Shown one piece after another: positions 28,770 to 37,200 of a DNA stretch of 64,000 nucleotides; within the stretch, counting starts at the first letter, position 1; every line of letters begins with the position of its first letter. Made by a program: the position numbers and the translations under genes. Under the pieces are notes generated by a model. The model saw only the letters and a program-made list of their open reading frames with translations. It was not told the origin of the DNA and searched no databases. This DNA is from a virus: IMG/VR virus record IMGVR_UViG_3300020196_000003. One strand, written 5' to 3'.

Positions 28770-29813
28770 CTAAGGACAAATACCCCCCACACAATTGTTA
28801 ATTCCACCACTTACTGAGATGAAATCGTAATGTTGAGTAAATGCACCACAAAACGTTTGAGAACCGTTGAAAGGTAACGTTATAGCAACAGTATTTCCAC
28901 TACAATTTACGTAGATAGAATTAAGTACATTGTTTTGTGTTTTTGTGTATGTGAAGCATTTACAACCAAATGGAGATCCACATTGGTGAGAATTTATTAC
29001 TTGACTATAATTACCAAACATACCACTGTACTGACCGACGTATACGATGGTGTTTGGTAAAAACGGAACCCCATTTCTTTTCAATACTCTAAACCAAGCA
29101 CCATTCGTAGCAAATGAGTATGTGTCAAAATTGGGTGTTGCCCAAAGGGTTTGACTAATTGTTAATGCAGACATTACGGGTGTATATGCCGTTACATATT
29201 CATCACTTTCTGAGCAAGCAAGGTTTGAGTTGCCAGACCCAAAAGCTATAACCCACTCTGTGTATCCAGTTGGTTGTGGGCCATTAGTTGTTGTGGTTGT
29301 TGTCACAGGCATTAATGTAGTTGTTGTGGTAATTGGTGATACTGTGGTCGTAGTTGTTGTTACTGGAGGTATTGGTGGTTGTGGTGTTAATCCACCAAAA
29401 CAACACGGATAATCTACAACATAACAAGACTGAAATTCAAAATCGTTGATTACAAAACTTTCAGTAACATTAATATATATTTCTTGATTGATAGGTAGTG
29501 TTAAAATACCTGTTTCATTCCGAAACAAAAACTGACCTTTGTATCTTCCAACTTTTTTTGTGTCGAACGGTGTAAATTGATAATAAACATAATATTGATC
29601 TTCAGTTATTAAATCCACAGGTTCTTTTTTCATAAATCCTGCTGGCCTCGAGACTATTCTTGGAACATCAGTTGTGATATCAACCATAGAAAAAAATACG
29701 TCAGTGCCCTCCAAAAACCTCATCGATCTGTTGTAGTCATTTCTTCCATCCTTGATAACATTAATCTTCAACACAGGAAGTGTTGCGTTTTTTCTGATAA
29801 AAAATTCCATCAA
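28770..29813 (-). CDS. BppU-like N-terminal domain, Thr-rich linker and Cys-containing C-terminal domain (paralog 1)
   Basis: MEFFIRKNATLPVLK..YYQFTPFDTKKVGRYKGQF..LTLPI; VTTTTTT tracts. Confidence 0.65.
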   Translation of the reverse strand: MMEFFIRKNATLPVLKINVIKDGRNDYNRSMRFLEGTDVFFSMVDITTDVPRIVSRPAGFMKKEPVDLITEDQYYVYYQFTPFDTKKVGRYKGQFLFRNETGILTLPINQEIYINVTESFVINDFEFQSCYVVDYPCCFGGLTPQPPIPPVTTTTTTVSPITTTTTLMPVTTTTTTNGPQPTGYTEWVIAFGSGNSNLACSESDEYVTAYTPVMSALTISQTLWATPNFDTYSFATNGAWFRVLKRNGVPFLPNTIVYVGQYSGMFGNYSQVINSHQCGSPFGCKCFTYTKTQNNVLNSIYVNCSGNTVAITLPFNGSQTFCGAFTQHYDFISVSGGINNCVGGICP

Positions 29814-29837
29814 ATCTTTTAACTATAAATACTCCAA

Positions 29838-31505
29838 TTAAAATTCTTTTCTTAAATTAGATTCATAGAAATCAAACCTGTTGTGTTCGGTTGGAGTTAA
29901 AAGTAAGAGGCCTGGATATATTTTATTTTTAATTGTTTGTTTAAAACAATGAGACATTAAAGTTTGTTCATATGGAAAATCAAATTTGGTTTCAATATAA
30001 CATTTATAATTTCCCTCTTTGGACAAAATAATGGGCCAATTTGATAAATAAATTTCTCCAGTAGCATATGCTAACCCATCATAAGATTTTATATTTTTAT
30101 ATTCTAAATATGGTGAGTTTGCCGACTGACCGTGTTTAGGTAGTTGTTGATTGTTAGGCCAATGTTTTGATCTGAAATCTTGATCAACATTATACCATGA
30201 CCATTGTCTTTCATGACTTCCATAAAACTCTGTAAAGTTTAATTTTAAAAAATCAAAATTTTCTTTTTTTATAATTTGTAAAAGTTTTTTATACAGATGT
30301 CTAACATTTCTATTAAAACCATTTTTACAAACCGATTCACCACCAGTGTAAAAAAACATGTCATCTTCAAAAAACAAATAATATTCCATATCTGAGTTTT
30401 CGAAATGTTCGGCCACCCAAACTCTACCCCCCGTTATACCTATATTATCTGTTTTTATGTGTTCGAATCCATATCTATCACAAAGATCAATATACTTAGA
30501 GGTTGTTGAGTAATCTGTTGAGTTATTTAGAAGAAATTTATTAGTCTTTTCGATAAAATCTGAATCATATAATAACATTGAGTTTATTAACGCTTCGAAT
30601 TGTTTGGGGCTGTTGAAACTTATAATATATAAACCAACTTGACCATTAGTAATAGTCTTTATTATTCGTTCTTTCTTAAGTGATTTAATTGTTATATTAT
30701 TGTTTTTTAAATCTTCAAAAAATTTATATAAAAGACCATTGGGTTCAATTTCAACATAATCAATTATTGTTGGGTTGTTGTATAATAATATTGAGAACAA
30801 ACTTTCTTCAGTCCCCATCAATCCTCTTTCAATCGTGGATTTCATAAGATTATAATAAAGAGTATTCATTTGTCTAATCAGACTGACGGGACCACCAAAA
30901 AAACCACCACGACAGACTTTATTGACTCTTGTACCTGTGATCTGATCCATTTTTTCAATATCAAACCCATGAATTTCTTTATCTGCCTGATAAGGAAAGC
31001 AAACAAACGTAAAGTTATCAAAAAGACTTTCTATTTTTGGTAATACCTTGTCATGCGTTAAATAACCCATTTGAACGGTATTTGCCAATCCAGCATCTAT
31101 CCAATACAATTTTTCTGAATTAAATTTATCAAGCAAAACGGCGTCATGTAAAATAAACATTTTAGACATTACAATAGGGTTATACATTTCAAGTTTCGCT
31201 TGAGTTGAATCCTTTAACCAACCTGCTAAATTATACCACGTAGGATTCGTTCTTATTTTTTGAATTGAATTAAAAAATTCATTATTTTTGAACCAATTTA
31301 GATCACGCAAAATAAATTGCGTGTTTGAATCATTTCTTTTTTCCATAACAAATTTCTGAAGTTCTACATCTCCAAAAATTATCATATTATTATCAACCTT
31401 TAGAAGTTGTTCGAATTTACTTAAATAGTGGTCAAAAGATCTTGACCAATTTTCAGATAAGTTTCCTCTACCTATATCCCATAAACCTGTTACTAATGTT
31501 ATCAT
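29838..31505 (-). CDS. HtrL/YibB-like glycosyltransferase fused to a GT-A domain
   Basis: ITLVTGLWDIGR, YWIDAG, GGFFGG, GTEESLF; second domain with FFEDDM. Confidence 0.7.
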   Translation of the reverse strand: MITLVTGLWDIGRGNLSENWSRSFDHYLSKFEQLLKVDNNMIIFGDVELQKFVMEKRNDSNTQFILRDLNWFKNNEFFNSIQKIRTNPTWYNLAGWLKDSTQAKLEMYNPIVMSKMFILHDAVLLDKFNSEKLYWIDAGLANTVQMGYLTHDKVLPKIESLFDNFTFVCFPYQADKEIHGFDIEKMDQITGTRVNKVCRGGFFGGPVSLIRQMNTLYYNLMKSTIERGLMGTEESLFSILLYNNPTIIDYVEIEPNGLLYKFFEDLKNNNITIKSLKKERIIKTITNGQVGLYIISFNSPKQFEALINSMLLYDSDFIEKTNKFLLNNSTDYSTTSKYIDLCDRYGFEHIKTDNIGITGGRVWVAEHFENSDMEYYLFFEDDMFFYTGGESVCKNGFNRNVRHLYKKLLQIIKKENFDFLKLNFTEFYGSHERQWSWYNVDQDFRSKHWPNNQQLPKHGQSANSPYLEYKNIKSYDGLAYATGEIYLSNWPIILSKEGNYKCYIETKFDFPYEQTLMSHCFKQTIKNKIYPGLLLLTPTEHNRFDFYESNLRKEF

Positions 31506-32260
31506 TATCTTTCTAAATAACCAGTTTTATACCAAGTTTTTGAGTTGTCGTCAACACCTTCGTTTCTAAACCAAAAACAACCACCTCTATCATTTGGTAA
31601 ATGACCTACAATAGGGAAGGATTCAACCCTAGCTCTAAAATCATTATCTTTATTATAATTCATCACAATTTTTTGTATGTTATGTTTTCCAAGATAAGCA
31701 GATAAAACTATATCATCACTCCAAGATTTACCAACAAATTCATCAAAAAAATCTTGTTTAAAAAAACCATTTTTATATGACACTGTTTTATATCCTTCTA
31801 AAATTTTAACTCTTGTATCTTTTTGAACTGTTGTACAAAAATGACAACTACCATCAAAAGAAGATATACCAGCAAACCCTAACGCAGAATCTGGATATTC
31901 TTTTCTTTTTTCAATATGGTATTCTATAAAACCATCGATATATTCTAGATCATCATCAACTGTTATTAAAATTGTATCATCATTCCTATCTAATCTCATT
32001 ATGGTTGGTAATATTTTTGTTAAAGACCCATAATCTTCAGTTCTAAAAATCTTTAATTTTTCATCTTTAATTGATTCTAACCATTTAGGTATTACATATT
32101 TTTCATTTGATTTTTTACAAATATCTGGAATATTCAAATGGATTTCATAGTTGTTATATGATAAACCCAACAATCTTTCAATAACTGGTTTTAACCCACC
32201 GACAGATCTATTTATTCTGTTTGGTATTGTTGTTAGTGTTAGTATTACTTTTTGATTCAT
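31505..32260 (-). CDS. GT-A fold glycosyltransferase
   Basis: Likely start MNQKVILTLTTIPNR (32260); DYGSLTKILP, ITVDDD, SDDIVLS. Confidence 0.7.
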   Translation of the reverse strand: MNQKVILTLTTIPNRINRSVGGLKPVIERLLGLSYNNYEIHLNIPDICKKSNEKYVIPKWLESIKDEKLKIFRTEDYGSLTKILPTIMRLDRNDDTILITVDDDLEYIDGFIEYHIEKRKEYPDSALGFAGISSFDGSCHFCTTVQKDTRVKILEGYKTVSYKNGFFKQDFFDEFVGKSWSDDIVLSAYLGKHNIQKIVMNYNKDNDFRARVESFPIVGHLPNDRGGCFWFRNEGVDDNSKTWYKTGYLER

Positions 32261-32264
32261 TAAA

Positions 32265-33509
32265 TTATAAATTTCCAACAATCCTTTCACACCAATCTTT
32301 TGAAATTGAGTGAGGCCAAACAACCCAATAGGAAGGTATTTTTGTCGTTGGGAATTCTCTCCATATTTTACCATAACCATCAGGATCATTTTTAATTCTT
32401 ACAATTTCATTTGCGTCGGCATCTTGTCTAAAAATTGTTTCATGTTCTTTATCGTGAAATGCCACGACCCAAAAGTCATAATCGGTTTCGGTAACTTTAT
32501 TTAAATCCAAATCAATACAATGTTTAAAAATTGTTGAAAATGTTTTTTTCCATGATTCCTCGTTTTCAAAATTGTACGTGTTTGGTGGATATTTTTTATC
32601 CAAAGTTTCTTGTTGAACCGCTCTTGTTCTGAATAATATTCCTGCGTATTTTTCATAGTCTTGTACAGTCCTTTCAGACCCAAACCATAATGAATAATTA
32701 CCATCAAAAGTTTCACCATCTATACCTAATAACTGTCTGTTTTTAATGTGACAAGCAGTGTTTCTCAAATGCCAATCTTTATCATCATCCCATTGTTTTG
32801 TTCTACCTTTTCTTGTGTATTCATGCCAAATCAAAACTTTATGTGGATGAAATAAGTCATAACCATGTGTATATGATCTTACCGTAATTGAAATTTCCTC
32901 ACCATGAAAATAAAATTCAGGATCGTGTTGGACTTCAATTGAAAATTGTCCTATCGTGAAACAATAGTGTGCGGAATAAAATCTAGCAGGAATAGGTTCT
33001 TTCATTTCCCTCCATCCTGGTATAATTTCGGGTAAAAAGAATACAACTCCTTCAGGTGTAAATCTATCGAATACCATTCTCCACGGTTCCATAATGCGAG
33101 CGGCGGGATCATTATCAGGATCAAATGATGATACATATCCTGTAAGTAATGGTTTTTTATGCCCTTTCTTTTGAAGTTGTTTAATCATTTTAATCATTTC
33201 TTCGTCCCAATTTTTTTCGAATCTCATATGAGAATCAATTTGTAAAGTATATTCTTCTCCACCATACATTTGTTGGACTTGGTGTCTAGCCCAACAAACA
33301 CCTTTCGATTCCGTATATGGAATGTTTAATATTTTGAATCTTTTGTCTTTGGAATATTTTGATAAATCATCAAAACCATCTTCAGGATGAAATTGTCTTG
33401 CAATACCGAATCTAAGATTTCTTGGTTTTTTTGCATTTTCCAACATGTTTTCAATTGTTTGGATCAATTGTGGGTCTCTGTACGACGCGATTTGTACAAA
33501 TATTTTCAT
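32265..33509 (-). CDS. GT60-family (Skp1/polypeptide alpha-GlcNAc transferase-like) glycosyltransferase
   Basis: IFVQIASYRDPQL, GVCWAR, LQIDSHMRF, FHGEEI..R.YTHGYD..P, WHEY signatures. Confidence 0.85.
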   Translation of the reverse strand: MKIFVQIASYRDPQLIQTIENMLENAKKPRNLRFGIARQFHPEDGFDDLSKYSKDKRFKILNIPYTESKGVCWARHQVQQMYGGEEYTLQIDSHMRFEKNWDEEMIKMIKQLQKKGHKKPLLTGYVSSFDPDNDPAARIMEPWRMVFDRFTPEGVVFFLPEIIPGWREMKEPIPARFYSAHYCFTIGQFSIEVQHDPEFYFHGEEISITVRSYTHGYDLFHPHKVLIWHEYTRKGRTKQWDDDKDWHLRNTACHIKNRQLLGIDGETFDGNYSLWFGSERTVQDYEKYAGILFRTRAVQQETLDKKYPPNTYNFENEESWKKTFSTIFKHCIDLDLNKVTETDYDFWVVAFHDKEHETIFRQDADANEIVRIKNDPDGYGKIWREFPTTKIPSYWVVWPHSISKDWCERIVGNL

Positions 33510-33546
33510 AAAATTAAAATATCAAACAAATATCAGTTGTAAATTA

Positions 33547-33843
33547 TTAAGGACCTTCAAAGATATAAATTGACGCATCTTGGAATAAAAAGATAGGAAA
33601 GTCTTGAAACATTTTCCCATAAATTTTTTGGCAGTTAAGAGTATATATTTTTTCACAACCAGCACCATCAACAATTTTTAATATGATTGGTGTTGTGTTG
33701 TCTAATGGAAATGGTATGTCAAATGTAAAAGGACCACCAACGATTGTTGCAACAAAAAAACAATAAGTTATGGTTGCATCACATACATAGATATCAAATG
33801 GTGATGTTCCCGAAATTGAATTTATTTGTAATTGATTTGGCAT
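33547..33843 (-). CDS. Small putative virion protein (98 aa)
   Basis: Beta-rich and Cys-containing; preceded by the TATTTAT motif. Confidence 0.5.
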   Translation of the reverse strand: MPNQLQINSISGTSPFDIYVCDATITYCFFVATIVGGPFTFDIPFPLDNTTPIILKIVDGAGCEKIYTLNCQKIYGKMFQDFPIFLFQDASIYIFEGP

Positions 33844-33874
33844 TAAAGTCGGTATTGTTTTTAGATAAATATTA

Positions 33875-34003
33875 CTACCCGACTATTTCAATAACTTTTT
33901 GATATACCTGAAGAACTGACGGGTGACATTCAAATTTTTCTTTTCTTTCTAAACAACCAACCAAAGAAGGAATACCTTGTATTGATCCCCACTCTCTAAC
34001 ACC
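33875..34003 (-). pseudogene. Orphan C-terminal 42 codons of a GT9-like gene
   Basis: GVREWGSIQGIPSLVGCLERKEKFECHPSVLQVYQKVIEIVG* is 29/42 identical to the end of 43768-44757 (encoded at 44572-44697 on the opposite strand); no start codon. Confidence 0.9.
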
Positions 34004-34184
34004 AACAGTAACTCAAACGGCTAGTTTGACACCGAGTCATACACCAACGCCAACAGTTACACCATCATACCATCCATGTGGATATCAACCAATTATTGTA
34101 ATACCAAGCCCAAGTAATTATAGGACACCAACACCAACACTAACACCGAACATCAACCCGTGTTTGTTGAGAAGTCTTCAATGA
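33996..34184 (+). pseudogene. Orphan C-terminal fragment of a Pro/Thr-rich protein
   Basis: LTPTVTQTASLTPSHTPTPTVTPSYHPCG..TPTPTLTPNINPCLLRSLQ*; in-frame stop at 33924 and no ATG; same architecture as the C-terminus of 45422-45844. Confidence 0.75.
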
Positions 34185-34258
34185 CAAAAATAATAAATTA
34201 CAATAATTATAATGATATATAGATTTAGTTTCCAAGTCATAAATATTTATAGTTTAAG

Positions 34259-37200
34259 ATGCCACAATATAATAGATTAACTGATAGGTCGAGAGTTTCT
34301 GCGGTCACACTGAATGACATTATACATGTTGTTGTTACTGGTGATACATCACAGAGTCCTCAGGGATCATCATATTTTGCACCTTTAAGTGATTTACAAT
34401 CAATATTAAGCGGATCAAGTGGTACCAATGGTACTTCAGGAACAAATGGAACTAGCGGTACTAATGGTACCTCAGGAATTAATGGGACTAGTGGTTCTTC
34501 AGGAACTTCTGGCTCATCAGGAATAAGTGGAACATCGGGTTCTTCAGGAACAAGTGGTGTTTCAGGTACCAATGGATCAAGTGGTTCAAGCGGTACAAGT
34601 GGAATTAATGGTACATCAGGATCTTCAGGTATTGATGGTAGTAGTGGAACTTCAGGTTCAAGTGGAACCAATGGTACTAGTGGTACAAATGGTTTTGACG
34701 GAACATCAGGATCATCAGGAACTAGTGGTTCTTCAGGATTAAGTGGAACAGATGGTACGTCGGGAAGTTCTGGAACAAGCGGAACAGATGGTACTAGCGG
34801 TACGAATGGAACAAGCGGAACAGATGGTAGTTCAGGAACTAGCGGAACTTCAGGTTCAAGCGGTATTGCTGGGACTAGCGGAACTTCAGGTTCTTCAGGG
34901 ATAGACGGAACAAGTGGTACTTCAGGTTCTTCAGGTATTGACGGCACTTCAGGAACATCGGGATCAAGCGGAACAAGTGGTACTAATGGAACTGATGGGT
35001 CTAGCGGTACGGATGGAACTAATGGGTCAAGTGGAACTTCAGGAACCAACGGTACAGATGGAAGTAGTGGAACATCAGGTTCTAGTGGAACAAATGGTAC
35101 TAGCGGGTCATCCGGATCTAGCGGTACATCAGGGTCAAGTGGAACTAATGGTACTAGCGGGTCTTCAGGTACATCAGGAACTAACGGTACTAATGGAACA
35201 AGTGGAAGTAGCGGTACGGACGGAACATCAGGGTCTTCAGGAACTAATGGGACATCAGGTACAAATGGTACATCAGGAACCAATGGAACTTCAGGAACGA
35301 ACGGTACAAATGGTACATCAGGAACCAATGGAACTTCAGGGACAAGTGGAAGTAGCGGTACCGACGGAACATCAGGGTCTAGCGGTACTAGCGGAAGTTC
35401 GGGAACAAATGGAACATCAGGGTCTAGCGGATCAAGTGGTAGTTCAGGTTCTAGCGGTACAGACGGTACTTCAGGTACTTCAGGTTCAAGTGGTATAGAC
35501 GGTACATCAGGTACATCAGGGAGCTCAGGCTCAAGCGGAACAAGTGGTTCTTCAGGCTCTAGTGGAACAAATGGTTCTTCAGGAACCTCAGGAACTAGCG
35601 GCTCTTCAGGTACAGATGGTACAAGTGGAACAAGTGGTTCATCAGGGACTAGCGGTTCTTCAGGAACAAGTGGTTCATCAGGAACTAGCGGTTCTTCAGG
35701 AACAAGTGGTTCATCAGGTACCTCAGGTTCTAGTGGAAGTTCAGGTACAGATGGTACATCAGGAACAAGTGGTTCTTCAGGTTCTAGTGGAAGTTCAGGT
35801 ACAGATGGTACATCAGGAACAAGTGGTTCATCAGGAACAAGTGGAAGTTCAGGTACAGATGGTTCATCAGGAACAAGCGGTTCATCAGGTACTTCAGGAA
35901 GTTCAGGTTCATCAGGTACTTCAGGAAGTTCAGGTTCATCAGGTACTTCAGGAAGTTCAGGTTCATCAGGTACTTCAGGAAGTTCAGGTTCATCAGGAAC
36001 AGATGGTACAAGTGGTACAAGCGGCTCATCAGGAACAAGCGGTTCATCAGGTACATCAGGGAGCTCAGGTTCAAGCGGAACAAGCGGTTCATCAGGTACT
36101 TCAGGAAGTTCAGGTTCATCAGGTACTTCAGGAAGTTCAGGTTCATCAGGAACAGATGGTACTTCAGGTACATCAGGTTCTAGTGGCTCATCGGGTTCCT
36201 CTGGAACAAGTGGTTCTTCAGGAACCTCAGGTTCTAGCGGCTCATCGGGTACTGATGGCACGTCTGGTACAAGTGGATCATCAGGAACAGATGGTACAAG
36301 TGGATCATCAGGAACAGATGGTACAAGTGGTACATCAGGAAGTTCAGGTACAAGTGGTTCTTCAGGTTCATCAGGAACTTCAGGAAGTTCAGGCTCCTCA
36401 GGTACAAATGGTACTTCAGGGACTGATGGGACTAGCGGAACATCAGGTTCTTCAGGAACTAGCGGAAGCTCAGGTTCTTCAGGAACTAGCGGAAGCTCAG
36501 GTTCTTCAGGAACTAGCGGAAGCTCAGGTTCATCAGGCACTTCAGGTAGCTCAGGTTCTTCAGGAACTAGCGGAAGCTCAGGTTCTTCAGGAACTTCAGG
36601 AAGTTCAGGTTCTTCAGGTACAAATGGTACTTCAGGGACTGATGGGACTAGCGGAACATCAGGTTCTTCAGGAACTAGCGGAAGCTCAGGTTCATCAGGC
36701 ACTTCAGGTAGCTCAGGTTCTTCAGGAACTAGCGGAAGCTCAGGTTCTTCAGGAACTTCAGGAAGTTCAGGTTCTTCAGGAACTTCAGGAACTTCAGGTA
36801 CAAGTGGAACAAATGGAACCAGCGGAACTAATGGTACTTCAGGGACAAATGGTACTAGCGGTAGTTCAGGGACAAATGGTACATCAGGTACTAATGGAAC
36901 TAGCGGGACAAATGGGACAAGCGGAACTAGTGGGACCAACGGCACATCAGGGTCTAGTGGAACAAATGGAACTTCAGGCTCAAGCGGTACCAATGGAACA
37001 TCAGGAAGTTCGGGCACGAATGGTACAAGTGGGTCTTCAGGCACTAACGGTACGTCAGGAACTAATGGAACCTCAGGAACGAACGGTACGAATGGTACTT
37101 CAGGAACAAATGGAACATCAGGTACTAATGGAACAAATGGTACTAGCGGTACAAATGGAACATCAGGTACAAACGGAACATCAGGTACCAACGGTACTAG

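Noticed and set aside
706-30000. Short opposite-strand ORFs such as 706-957, 10013-10678, 19518-19841 and 27138-27470
   Set aside because: They are shadows of well-supported genes on the other strand and have no motifs
33875-34003. Diversity-generating retroelement template/variable repeat pair with 44572-44697
   Set aside because: Differences are largely synonymous and not adenine-specific, and no reverse transcriptase is present
35881-36140. 27-bp direct repeats resembling a CRISPR array
   Set aside because: They are head-to-tail and in-frame coding, with no unique spacers and no cas genes
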